Below are positions 24,380 to 36,944 of a stretch of DNA of 64,000 nucleotides, piece after piece. A program made the translations under genes and the position numbers. This DNA is from Octopus sinensis (Eukaryota), in contig NC_043001.1 in NCBI RefSeq assembly GCF_006345805.1, positions 125,550,001 to 125,614,000 of the forward strand, in the 5' to 3' direction. Positions within the stretch are counted from its first letter, which is position 1. The number at the start of each line of letters is the position of its first letter. Below the pieces are notes generated by a model. That model did not search any database. It was not told where the DNA came from and saw nothing but the letters and a program-made list of their open reading frames with translations.

Positions 24380-26292
24380 AGATACCCCTTGCAGTGCTCC
24401 AGTTGTGAATGAAAACAGGAAAGGCAGCTGGTCCAGCAGAAGTAAGTGTGGAAATGATAACTGCAAGTGGAGAGAGAGGGATTGTTGTGATGTTGGAGCT
24501 CTGCCAGAGTGTGCTGGATGGAGGAAGTATGCCAGATGATTGGGCACTAAGTGTCGTGGTACCGATCTTCAAGGGGAAGGGGGATGCGATGAGTTGTGGG
24601 GTGTATAGGGGAGTGCAGTTATTTGAGCATACAATGAAGATAGTGGAAAGGGTATTGGAGAGGTGAATTCAGAAGTGGGTGGATGTGGACAAGATGCAGT
24701 TTGGTTTTATGCCAGGAAGTGGAACAATAGATGAAGTGTTGATTGTAAGGAGATTGCAAGAGGAATCTGAAGTTGTGCATATGCTTCATTGATCTGTAGA
24801 AGGCATTTTATAGGGTCCCGAGGATGGTGATTGAAAGGGCATTGAAAAAGAGGGGTATACTGGAGGTAATAGTGAGGGCAGTGGTGATTTTGTATGAGGG
24901 GGTAAAGACAAGAGTTAGAATTGGATCAGAGCTGTCGGAGGAGCTTGCCATGAAAGTTGGTGTGCATCAGGGATCTATGTTGTCACCATTGTTGTTTGCA
25001 ATAGTGGTTGATGTGGTGATGGAGAGTGCAAGAGAGGGATTGATAATGGAGATATTGTATGCAGATGACCTTGTTCTGAGTGAGTCGATGGAGGGATTGA
25101 AGGAGAAGTTTTAGAAATGGAAGGAGGTGTTTGAAAGCAAAGGTTTGAAGGTAAATCTCGGGAAGACAAAGGTGATGGTGAGTGGAGTGGAAGGAGAAAT
25201 GAGTAAAGGAAATCCATGGTATATGTGGAAGGATGGTAATGACAAGTGCTGAAGGCAGCGAGCTGGCAGAAACGTTAGCACGCCGGGCAAAATGCTCAGT
25301 GATATTTATTCTGCCGTTACGTTCTGAGTTCAAATTCTGCCGAGTTCGACTTTGCCTTTCATCCTTTCAGGGTTGATAAATTAAGTACCAGTTACGCATT
25401 GGGGTTGGTGTAATCGACTTAATCCATTTGTCATTCCTTGTTTGTCCCCTCTGTGTTTATCCCCTTGTGGGTAGTAAAGAAATAGGTAATGACAAATGCA
25501 GTGATGGGTACGAGATGTGAGAAATGGATTCGTGGTAGATGTATGAAAATGAAGAAGGTGACCCCAAGACTGGCGAGAGAGTTTGTTTGTGGAAGATGTG
25601 AGAAAGGAGCTGGAAGCCTGGCAGAACCAGTGGAAATGCTATGTGATGAGAGGGAAACGGTAAGAAGGTTTTGTTATTTGGGAGATAAAGTGGATGTAAG
25701 TGGTGGATGTGAAGCAGTTGTGACAGCAAGAGCAAGACATGGCTGGATGAAGTTCAGGGGATGTGGAGTGTTGTTACATGGGAAAAGGTTCTCAATAAAG
25801 ATGAAAGGAAGGGTCTATAGGAGTTGTATGAGAGCTGCAATACTGTATGGGAGTGAGACATGTTGTCTGAGGAAGAGAGAGATGGTAATTTTGAGAAGGA
25901 CTGAGAGAGTGACGGTGAGAGGAATGTGTGGGGTGAAGCTGTTTGGTAAGAGGAGGACTGAGGAATTGATGGGAATGCTGGGGCTGGAGAAATCAGTGGA
26001 ATGGTTGGCAAGGGTGAATGGAGTGAGGTGGTATGGGTATGTGTTGAGGAGGGATGAAGAGCATGGTCAGAGGATGGTGATTGCATTTGAGGTAAATGGA
26101 GCACAAAAGGGAGGAAGACTGAGGAAAAGGAGGAGGAGACAAGTGGAGGAGGAGATTGGGAGGGTTGGTTTGAAAAGGGAGGACACCCAGGCGAGATGGT
26201 GTGAGGGCAGTTGCTATGGCGTTGAGGTAGATCCGACCACCCCCATTAACAGGGACAAAATCCGGATTTAAAACACTGGATGATGATGATGA
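24380..26292 (+). mobile_element. RTE-clade LINE, 5'-truncated and degenerate
   Basis: RT motifs VPIFKGKGD, VGVHQGSMLSPLLF, LYADDLVL and C-terminal RWYGYVLRR, with several stops and frameshifts and a (GAT)n tail. Interrupted by a family B SINE. Confidence 0.9.
25252..25484 (+). mobile_element. SINE family B nested in the RTE LINE
   Basis: About 17-bp TSD GGTAATGACAA(G/A)TGC(T/A)G at 25235-25251 and 25485-25501. Confidence 0.9.
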
Positions 26293-26510
26293 GGTTTATG
26301 GATTTAATTCATGTAATATTCTTCAATATGTATCCTTTTGTCAAAATTTTCAAACTAAATCTACTTGATTTGGTGGTTAATAGTGATTGACTTGATTTAA
26401 CAATACAGGTTTATTTCCATTGTGGTGATCCTCCTAGATCAGAGGTACTTGCCATTGACATTAAATCAATGTTGTCATATTGCTTATCTCTCCTCATCTT
26501 TGTTTTCCAT

Positions 26511-27750
26511 GTCAAAGATAATCTAAACAATTCCAAGATTATGGTCAAAGATAATAAGTACAATTCAAGAATTATAGTCAAAGATAATTGCTAGAATTCA
26601 AAGATTACAGTCAAAATCAATCACTAAAATTTAAAGATTACTTCAAAGATAATCGAATTAAAAAATTGTTGTCAAAGATAATCACTAGAATTAAGAGTAA
26701 AGTCAAAAATAATCCCTAGAATTAAAAGATTATAGTCAAAATAATCACAAGAATTTAAAGATGATGATAAAAGATTATCACTAATTTAAAGATATTGGTA
26801 AAAGATAATTATTAGAATTCCTTGATTATAGTCAAATACCATTACAAGAATTCAAAGATTATGTCATCGATAACCACTAGAATTAAAAGAATGTAGTCAA
26901 TGACTATCACAAGAATTGAAAGATAATAGTAACAGATAATTATTGGAATTTCTGGATTATAAGTCAAAGATTACTATTAGAACTCATTGATTATGGTCAC
27001 AGATAATCACTAGAATTTAAAAAATCCTAGATAAAGAAAATCATTAGAATTTTAAAATAATGGAAAAAGATAATTATTATAAATCCTAGATTATAGTCAT
27101 AGATCATTATGAGAATTCAAAGATAATGGTCAAAAATAATTATTAGAATTCCTTGATTATAGTCAAATACCATTACAAGAATTCAAAGATTATGTCATCG
27201 ATAATTACTAGAATTAAAAGAGTGTAGTCAATGACAATCACAAGAATTCAAAGATAATAGTAACAGATAATTATTGGAATTTCTGGATTATAAGTCAAAG
27301 ATTACTATTAGAATTCGTTGATTATGGTCACAGATAATCACTAGAATTAAAAAATCCTAGTTAAAGAAAATCATTAGAATTTTAAAATAATGGAAAAAGA
27401 TAATTATTATAGAGTGGTTGTATACTGTCAACTTAACGTGACAGTAAGGGAATTACAACACCGCTGTTTAGCCCTAGGAATCATCGACGCTTCCTGTCGG
27501 CCTCACAGGAAATATGTCAAGGCCGACAGGAAGCGTCGATGCTTCCTAGGGCTAAACAACAGTGGTGTAATTCCCTTACTGTCACGTTAAGTTGACAGTA
27601 TACAACCACTCTATCGCCCCACCACCGTACATATCTCTATGAGATATTTAGAAATTTAATATTTCTGATAATTATTATAAATCCTAGATTATAGTCCTAG
27701 ATCATTATGAGAATTCAAAGATAATGGTCAAAGATAATTATTAGAAATCA
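26511..27750. repeat. 33-bp minisatellite with a ~330-bp higher-order duplication
   Basis: Consensus about AAGATAATCACTAGAATTCAAAGATTATAGTCA. The block starting at 26806 recurs at 27137. Stop codons in all six frames of the consensus. Confidence 0.9.
27412..27666 (+). mobile_element. Inverted-repeat-plus-tail insertion 2
   Basis: 92-bp arms (27412-27503 / 27520-27611, 4 mismatches), 16-nt loop, 55-nt tail, 13-bp TSD GATAATTATTATA (27399-27411, 27667-27679). The paralogous empty site at 27069-27081 has a single copy of the 13-mer. Confidence 0.85.
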
Positions 27751-28083
27751 TAAGTTACCTGGTTGCTCTACCGTTTGTGAATAACTCACAAATATATGCA
27801 TTTTTAGTTTGCCCCTACCACCACCATCAGATGCTCTATAAACAAAGTATGCTCTCTTATCTCCATGAAGAAATATTTCTTGGGTAGTTAGCTGAGTGAA
27901 AGCTAAGATAAGCCGCATAACATCATGTCTACATTACATCATAGTAATTCGCCATGACAGACAACATGCACAGGTTTGAAAGATCTTGCTTAAAGTGGCT
28001 CTTGAATCACCCCCTACCATCACCATCACGACCACATACCTTATACTGCAACCCTAAATATTGGAGTAATTTGCAGCTTGTGA

Positions 28084-28120
<37 letters not shown>

Positions 28121-28302
28121 GTAAAGTGCTTGACATACTAAGTAAAAGTCCTAGCTGGCAACTGGAGGGGGAGGCTGTCCTTTCAACCAATATGCTACTG
28201 TGGACGCTACTGGATGACGGACTCTGGTGATGGATGATGTTATTCTACACTTCCCGATCCATGGTGCTGGCTTTAGCATGCTTCAGGTCTTCAATTTCTT
28301 TC

Positions 28303-28708
28303 TTATTTCTTTATTGTCCACAAGGGGCTAAACACAGAGGGGACAAACAAGGACAGACAAAGGGATTAAGTCGATTACATCGACCCCAGTGTGTAACTGG
28401 TACTTAATTTATCGACCCCGAAAAGATGAAAGGTAAAGTCGACCTCGGCAGAATTTGAACTCAGAACGTAACAGCAGACGAAATACCTATTTTTTTACTA
28501 CCCACAAGGGGCTAAACATAGAGAGGACAAACAAGGACAGACAAACGGATTAAGTCGATTACATCGACCCCAGTGCGTAACTGGTACTTAATTTATCGAC
28601 CCCGAAAGGATGAAAGGCAAAGTCGACCTCGACAGAATTTGAACTCAGTACGTAACAGCAGATGAAATACCAGTATTTCGTCCAGCACGCTAACATTTCT
28701 GCCAGCTC
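28303..28708 (-). mobile_element. Tandem dimer of SINE family B inside an RTE fragment
   Basis: Two head-to-tail B units bounded by one 16-bp TSD GTCTTCAATTTCTTTC (28287-28302, 28709-28724). The flanks read GAPKKTWMKEIED.. on the minus strand. Confidence 0.85.
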
Positions 28709-28847
28709 GTCTTCAATTTCTTTCATCCATGTCTTCTTTGGTGCACTGTGGTGAACTTTCCAGTGCATGGGTTGTTGCCACCACAAAACCACTGTAGCCT
28801 GTACTGGCATTGTTCTCGGATGTTGTTTAAGATTTGGTTGCGTAGAC

Positions 28848-29067
28848 CAGTGCCTTTCAAACTTTTTGCCCGGAGCGGAACCCCAAGGAAACATTCCACT
28901 GGCTCGAGGAACCCCTGTGCAAAAATTTTATAGTCTTATGCACACATATCTGCACAGGAGAATTGAAAATTACTGCCGATTTTAGCAGTTTTGTAACTTC
29001 TTGCGGAACCCCTGGACTGTATTGGCGGAACTTTAAGGTTCCGCGGAACACTGGTTGAAAACCACTG
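28848..29067 (-). mobile_element. hAT-type MITE
   Basis: Inverted copy of 7554-7754 with exact 8-bp TSD GCGTAGAC. Confidence 0.9.
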
Positions 29068-29765
29068 GCGTAGACAAACACCAAGGATCTGAAAAAGACA
29101 CTGCATTTGGAACACCTCAAGCTTGTTCAGGTCCTGTTTGAGGAGGGTATCAAACTATGGAAACCATGTCAAAGCAGAAAGACATTGTAGCTCAACATTG
29201 TCCTCCAAGTAGTTGAATTTTCCAAACCATCCAACCCATGCCAACATGGAAAAATGGATGTTAAATGACTATGATATTATAACAACAAGGATGATGATGT
29301 GGTGGAGGAGGAAGTGGTGAAGGAGGAGGAGGAAGTGGTGAAGGAGGAGGAGGAAGAGAAGAATTGTGGTGGTGGCGGTGGTGGTGAGGAAGTGGGGGAG
29401 GATAAATTACCTCGCAATAATTGAAAAAATCAAACAGCAGTCACTAAAAGTATTATTTTATATAACTAAACTACAATAATTGATAAAATAATTTTGTTGG
29501 GACATCATTCTTTAATTTTGGTTTATATTTTCATTTTCTTTTTTATTAATGCATTTTTAAAAAAAAAAAAATTTATACTGTTTTTTGTTGCTGTTTTTTC
29601 GCTTTTTTTTTGTTGTGTTTTGTTTTCAACTTCAAAGTAAATGATATGAACAAAACCAATGAATAGTGTCCTGTTTACATTTAAATGCAGTAAATCGGTA
29701 AATATTTAATTTTCTATTGCTTCAGCAACACTAATACAGATCTATGTAAACAACTCTCTATTTCA

Positions 29766-29828
<63 letters not shown>

Positions 29829-29876
29829 TATATTTATTTCTTTTGATTTTATTTCTAATAACATATATACACACAC

Positions 29877-29911
<35 letters not shown>

Positions 29912-30196
29912 TACATGTATTTATGTATACACACACACACACGATTGATGGCTGATTAAAAAATACAATTTGTCTGAAACAAATCAATTTAGTAGCGAAA
30001 ACAAATGAAGCAAATGTTTTCCTCTCTGCCAATACTGAACTAAAGCAAAATTCCTTGCTCTATAAATTAGATTAGCAAAAACAAAGTAGTGGGTGGGTGT
30101 CTACATTTAATAATTGATTACAAGCAGTATCCTATAACCTTTTGTGACTATGTGGCACCACTGAAAATTTTTCATCTTTACATAGTGTGACACGAC

Positions 30197-30256
<60 letters not shown>

Positions 30257-30318
30257 GGTGGTGGTGGTGGTGGTAGTGATAGTAGTAGTAGTAGTGGTGG
30301 TGGTGGTAGTAGTAGTGA

Positions 30319-30367
<49 letters not shown>

Positions 30368-30445
30368 GGTGGTGGTGGTGGTGGTAGTAGCAGTAGTAGT
30401 AGTAGTAGTAGTAGTAGTAACAGCAGCAGCTGTTGTTGCTGCTAC
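30197..30445. repeat. (GTA)n/(GTG)n trinucleotide array
   Basis: Direct reading; it explains the poly-Val ORF. Confidence 0.95.
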
Positions 30446-31620
30446 TGCTACTGATGATGTTTTTGTTGTTGTTTAGCTAGGCCCATGTCAACCCAGGTTA
30501 AAATTCAGGATTAAAAGCATTCAGGCTGGGACCGATGAAGTTCTGTTGAACCAGGGTCAATAAAATAAGTACCAATTGAGTGCTGGGGGTCGATGTAATC
30601 AACTTATCTCCTACTCCGAAATTGGTGGCCTTGTACCAAAATTTGAAATCATTATTAGGGCAGCAAGCTGATAGAATGATTGGAGTGTCAGAAAAAAGGC
30701 ATTGCAGTATTCGAGTGCTTTACATTCTAAGTTCAAGTCACACCAAGGTCAACTTTGCCTTTCATTCCTCCCGGTTGATAAAATAAAGTGCCAGGGAAGA
30801 GCTGGATCAACAGAGTTGACAAACACCCTAAACCCACTCAAAATTGCTGGACCTGTGCCTAAATCATCATCATCATCATCATCATATGTTTGTATCTCTC
30901 TTTCTCTCTGTGTGTAAGAAATCGGTGTAGTCAATACCTAAAACAAGTCAATATGTCATGATAGTGCTTCTATGATTTCTTTAGAAGTTGAGGTACAAGA
31001 CAAGATAAGCAAAGCAATACTTGTAACTTCAGATAGGCAGTACTCCAGTGTTCTCTGGACTCATACTTCAAAGCAGTCAAGATAGACTGCATTCACTTTG
31101 CTGCTTTGTCTATAGAATATATTTGTAAATTCTGGTGGCAGATAGTAGACAGTACATACAGTTGAGTAGCCTGTTAACAATTCAACTCAGTAGTAAACCA
31201 TTGTGAATGCAAGCCAACAAAGAGTCTCATATGTGATCATTAAACCAGCTAAATGTAGCAGCTAAGTCTCTCTTATAGTATCATAATGAATAATGTGGTT
31301 CTAGATGCCTGATGTATGGGGAAAATATTGGATGGGCATTGTTGGAATGCTTTTGATCATAGATATACTTAATCAGGTTTATCTGAGGCTAAACAACAAC
31401 AGCAACGTTGTGATATTGAGTTTACCATTTTGATATATTCTTCCTTGATGGATTCTTCGTCAAATAACTGCAACCTGCACATAGGTGTCCTCTCTTTGTT
31501 GACAGTATTCTGTGTATTCTTTGACTGTCTTCAATCCTCAAGAATGGTAATATACCCAGTTCACTGTAAGCAGGTTTTAATCAAAGAAAATATCACCTTT
31601 TAGTGTAAAACTTTACATAG

Positions 31621-32015
31621 GCACAGGAGTGGCTGTATGGTAAGTAGCTTGCTAACCAACCACATGGTTCTGGGTACAGTCCCACTGCGTGGCATCTTGG
31701 GCAAGTGTCTTCTGCTATAGCCCCGGGCCGACCAATGCCTTGTGAGTGGATTTGGTAGATGGAAACTGAAAGAAGCCTGTCGTATATGTGTATATATATG
31801 TATATATATGTGTGTGTGTTTGTCCCTCTAGCATTGCTTGACAACCGATGCTGGTGTGTTTACGTCCCCGTCACTTAGCAGTTCGGCAAAAAGAGACCGA
31901 TAGAATAAGTACTGGGCTTACAAAAGAATAAGTCCCGGGTCGATTTGCTCGACCAAAGGCGGTGCTCCAGCATGGCCGCAGTCAAATGACCGAAACAAGT
32001 AAAAGAGTAAAAGAG
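31621..32015 (+). mobile_element. SINE family A
   Basis: Full-length copy. Confidence 0.88.
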
Positions 32016-33789
32016 TACTTTATAGTGACTGATACAAGTGCTCCATTGCTCAGCTGATCATAACATTACTCCAAGTTTACATCATACCACAGCATATTCA
32101 GCACTTGGTCTCGGGGATTTCAAATGCTTGATTTTTGAATTCCCTTGAGGCCTGACTCTGGCCAATAAACCTTGATTCATGTGAAAGCTTTTCTTAGTTT
32201 TTGTTGATGCTCTTAGGTCAAAAGCAGAAGATGTGGTGGAGTGAGGAATTTTCTGTCAGAATATGAAGAGATAGCAAAGGAGATGTGTTAATCATCTTAG
32301 CAAAACACCTCTCTAGGATTGATCAAATAAATGTCAGTTTCATGATGGGATTGATTCAGTTGACTCATACCATCCAGCTCTAAAAATTGCCTTCATGTTT
32401 TAAGAAGTAATTACTGAAAAATGTGATAGGTTACTGTTTTTATCTCAATCACAAAGATAATTTTATCAGTTGAAAATAAATCACCAGTGTTATGGTTGTC
32501 CTGCAGAGATCTTTCATGACAATTTACTAGCAGTAAATGCAATGAAACTCAAGTCAGTGAGGGAACCCCTATACAATCAAACTTCATGCTAGAAATAGCA
32601 ACTACATTTTCATAAGCCTTTATTTGTTGTCTTAAAAAGTAAAAGGACATATTTGATCTCTCGATATACTATACCTGAAAAAAAAAGACAAGACGATCAT
32701 AACTGGAATTGTGTTACTCATATGTCTGCTTGATCAGACCTAACCTGTAGCTAAACAACAGCAACATACTTAATTTAAAGTCTTGCTTTGGAGGAGTATA
32801 TAGGCTAAATGAGAAAGAATGCTTCAAGCAACAGGTGAATTTAGGTTTAAATCTTTCTATAGTTTTATATGGTCTGGCATGAAATATTCTAAAGTCATGG
32901 CCTCAAGATTCAATAATACAGAAAGCATCACAGTTTCTGATTTATGTTTGTTGTATTCTGATGTTTGATTGATTGATTCTAGTTTCAGCTCACGAGCTGT
33001 GGCCATGCTGGGGCACCGCCATTCTTTTACATTTGGTTACACAATTTTTTTTTTTTCCAGTTAGGGGTTAAAAGCCCAAACTGAAGAAATAAACATTCAA
33101 ACCAACACCATTGTATTTGGACAAATTTCTCAAAGATTTCCATATAAAGACAGGCAAAACGCTTAGCGGCATTTTGTCCGTCTTTACATTCTGAGTTCAA
33201 ATTCTACCAAAGTCGACTTTGCCTTTCATCCTTTCAGGGTCGATGAAATAAGTACCAGTTGAGCACTGGGGTCGCGGTAATTGACCAGCCCCTCCCACAA
33301 AATTTTGGATCTCGTGCTTATGATAGAAGGGATTATTCTTATGGAACAAGGCAGTGAGCTGGTAGAATTGTTAACACACCAGACAAAATGTTTAGTGATA
33401 TTTTGTCCATCTCAACATTCTGAGTTCAAATTCTGCTCAAGTCTTTTTTGCCTTTCCTCTTTTTGGGACCAATAAAATAAGTACCAGTTGGGTCCTGAAA
33501 TAGATGTAACCCTTCCCTAAAAAGTTTCAAGCCTTGTGCCTAGGACAGAAAGGATTAACATGGAATAAGGCAGTGAGTTGGCAGTATCATTAGAGCATTA
33601 GACAAGAACACCATCAAGTACTTTTTCTAACTCTTAACATTATGAGTTCAAATCTCACCAGTGTCACCTTTGCCTTTTATCCTTCAAAAGTCCATAAATT
33701 GAAGTATTATTCAAGAGCTAGAAACAATTTTATTTGACTGACCACTTCTCCTAAATTTCTAGCTCCTTGCTTAAGTTAGAAATTATTAT

Positions 33790-34070
33790 TTGCCGGTGGC
33801 ACGTAAAAAGCACCATCTGATCATGGCCGTTGCCAGCCTTGCCTGGCCCCCATGCCAGTGGCACGTAAAAAGCACCATCCAACCGTGGCCGTTTGCCAGC
33901 CCCGTCTGGCACGTAAAAAGCACCCACTACACTCATGGAGTGGTTGGCATTAGGAAGGGCATCCAGCTGTAGAAACATTGCCAGATCAGACTGGGTCTGG
34001 TGCATCCTTCTGGCTTCCAAGACCCCAGTTGAACCGTCCAACCCATGCTAGCATGGAAAGCGGACGCTAA

Positions 34071-34107
<37 letters not shown>

Positions 34108-34108
34108 G
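33790..34108 (+). mobile_element. Family C (RTE 3'UTR-derived) repeat
   Basis: Tandem GGCACGTAAAAAGCACC units, the conserved core and a (GAT)n tail. Confidence 0.82.
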
Positions 34109-34474
34109 GAGGATGTATTAAAGGGCAGCAATCATTAGTATGCCAGATGAAATGCTTAACAGTATTTTTTGTCTGTCTTCACGTTCTGAGATCAAATTCT
34201 GCTGAGGTTGACTTTGCCTTTCATCCCTTCAGGGTCAATAAAATAAGTACCAGTTGAGTACTGGGGTTAATGTAATTGACAAGTCCACTCCTTTTTAGTT
34301 AAAGAAATCAACAACCCCAGGACCTAGTCTTTGTGAGTCTAGTGCTTATTCTATCAGCCTTCTTTTGCCAAACCACCTAGTCACAGGGACGCAAACACAC
34401 CAACATCAGTTGTCAAACAATGGGGGTGGGTCAAACAGAGACATAAAGACTCACACACATAAATATATACATAT

Positions 34475-34594
34475 ATTTACGGCCATATCACGCTGAAAGC
34501 ACCGGTTCTCGTCCGATCACCGAAGTTAAGCAACATTGAGACTAGTGAGTACTTAGATGGGTGACCGCTTGGGAAACTTAGGTGCTGTAAGCAT
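34475..34594 (+). pseudogene. 5S rRNA retrocopy (full length, diverged)
   Basis: TACGGCCATATCACGCTGAAAGCACCGGTTCTCGTCCGATCACCGAAGTTAAGC...GATGGGTGACCGCTTGGGAA...GGTGCTGTAAGC, about 120 nt. No T-run terminator; an RTE-type tail follows. Confidence 0.9.
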
Positions 34595-35096
34595 CTGACA
34601 CTTTCCGTCCAATCCATGCCACCATGGAAAACGGACTTTAAATGATGATGATGATGATATATTATATACAATAGGCTTCTCTCAGTTTCCATCTACCAAA
34701 TCTACTCACAAAGCTTTGGTTGGCCCAAGGCTATAGTAGAAAACACTTGCCCAAGGTTCCACACTGTGGGACTGAACCCTGAAACCCAGAAACAAGCTTC
34801 TTACCACACAGCCACACCCATATATATATATGTATATGTATATATGCATATGTATGTACGTATATGTATGTATATATAAATTCGTAGCTGTATTTCGTCT
34901 GCCCTTCCATTCTGAGTTCAAATTCCACCGAGGTCGACTTTGCCTTTCATCCTTTCGGGGTCGATGAATAAAGTACCAGTTACCCACTGGGGTCGATGTA
35001 ATCGACTTAATCCCTTTGTCTGTCCTTGTTTGTCCTCTCTATGTTTAGCCCCTTGTGGGCAATAAACAAATATATATATATATGTATATATATATA

Positions 35097-35131
<35 letters not shown>

Positions 35132-36254
35132 GACAGGCTTCTTTCAGTTTCCATCTACCAAAACAACTCACATGACTTTGATTAGCCTGAGGCTATAGTA
35201 GAAGGCACTTGCCTGAGGTGCTATGCTGTGGGACTGAACCTGGAATTATTATGTGGTTGAGAAGCAAGCTTCTTACACACAGCCACTCATGTGACTATGT
35301 CTATATGCTCCAGCTGTCTTGCTTTGGAATAGGTTTTGTTTTGTTGTATCTGGGGTTACTTGAATGTTTCATTAGTATATTGTTGCAGAATATATGAGTT
35401 GTGTTATTTCATTGGGTGATAATTGTCTGGAGTATGTGTTTATGTGTTATGTTATGTATTTTAGTAGCAGGTGGTGGTTTTATAGAATATATGTTATAGA
35501 GGTTGCATTGTATTATTGGGTGTTAATTGTGTAAAAAAACGTGCTGAGTAACTTTATTGGTGGGATATAAGATGTGTTATATTATTGGGTGTTGATTACG
35601 TAAAATTCATATTGTGCATTGAGTTACTTGTTGGGTAGCAATTGTGTTATTGTTTTTATCAAGAAAGAATTGTTATTGCTATTATTGTTGTTGTTGCTGC
35701 TGCTGTTATTATTATTATATCTGCAATATAAAATGGCAAGATAAGATACCAAATGCCAAATGTTTTTTTTTAATGTGATATCTCCAGTATTGAAAGCATG
35801 CTGTTGAAAATTCAGAGCAGATGGGCAAGACATGTTGTTTGAATGCAAAGAGATTGCATTCTGAAAATTGTTTTGTATTGCCAACGAGCAGAGGGATTCT
35901 TCATTAAAAGAGGACCCCTGCTAAGGTATAAAGATAAGTTGAAACAATCACTAACATCCCTACAGCTTCGTTTAATGTCTTGAGGAAAATTACTGTCTAG
36001 ATTGGTCTGAATGGTGTAAAATATGTCATGATGCATCTAAATAATTTGAGTTGAAAAAAGAGAACAATAAAAGAATTATATCTTGTAATCAGCAGACACA
36101 TTTGTCCAATCCCAGGCAAAATTAAAACCATTGTCCCTATTGTGACTCCATAACACTGTGACTCCATAACATTGTGACTCTAATTACATTCATGCATCCA
36201 TTGCAGATAGATGCAGCTTCTTTCCTTTGATCCATTTTTTTTACTATCATTTTT

Positions 36255-36264
<10 letters not shown>

Positions 36265-36285
<21 letters not shown>

Positions 36286-36620
36286 GTTTAACGTCCGCTT
36301 TCCATGCTAGCATGGGTTTGGACGATTCAACTGGGGTCTGGGAAGGCCGAAGGCTGCACCAGGCCAGTCATATCTGGCAGTGTTTCTACAGCTGGATGCC
36401 CTTCCTAACGCCAACCACTCCATGAGTGTAGTGGGTGCTTTTTATGTGCCACCGACACAGGTGCCAGACGAGGCTGGCGAACGGCCACGATTGGATGGTG
36501 CTTTTTACGTACCACCAGCACGGAGGCCAGGCGAGGCTGGCAACAGCCACGATCGGATGGTGTTTGTTACGTGTCACCAGCACGGAGGCCAGTCGATGCG
36601 GTGCTGGCTACGGCCACATT
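36265..36620 (-). mobile_element. Family C repeat
   Basis: Starts with (CAT)n; contains internal tandem units. Confidence 0.82.
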
Positions 36621-36944
36621 CAAATGCTCATACATCGAAATCAACAGGAGTAGCCATCATTGTTGTTGTTGGTGTTGCTGCAGTACAATCATTAACCTAT
36701 CAGACCAAATGCTTCACAACATTTCTTTTGAGTTCAAATTCTACCAAGGCCGACTTGGCATTTCATTTTTTCTTCATGGTTGATAATATAAAGTATCAGC
36801 TGAATACTGGCATCAATGTAATCAATTTGCTCTTCTTCTAAAATTGCTGGCCTTGTGCTCAAATTTGAAGCTGTTGTTGTTGTTAACATATCAGACAAAA
36901 TTCTTCAAAACACCGACATCAAAATCAATGGAAACTGCAGTTGT

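Noticed and set aside
27490-27545. Hammerhead-like wording (CTGTGAGGCCGACAGGAAGCGTC on the minus strand) in insertion 2
   Set aside because: The core lacks a complete CUGANGA and GAAA and folds better as a simple hairpin; the resemblance is too loose to call.
26511-27750. Regular ~33-bp repeats resembling a CRISPR array or a repetitive protein
   Set aside because: Monomers are contiguous with no unique spacers, the context is eukaryotic, and the consensus has stops in all six frames.
34475-34594. Functional 5S rRNA gene
   Set aside because: It is a solitary copy with several substitutions, no oligo-T terminator, and a retroposon tail; treated as a retrocopy.
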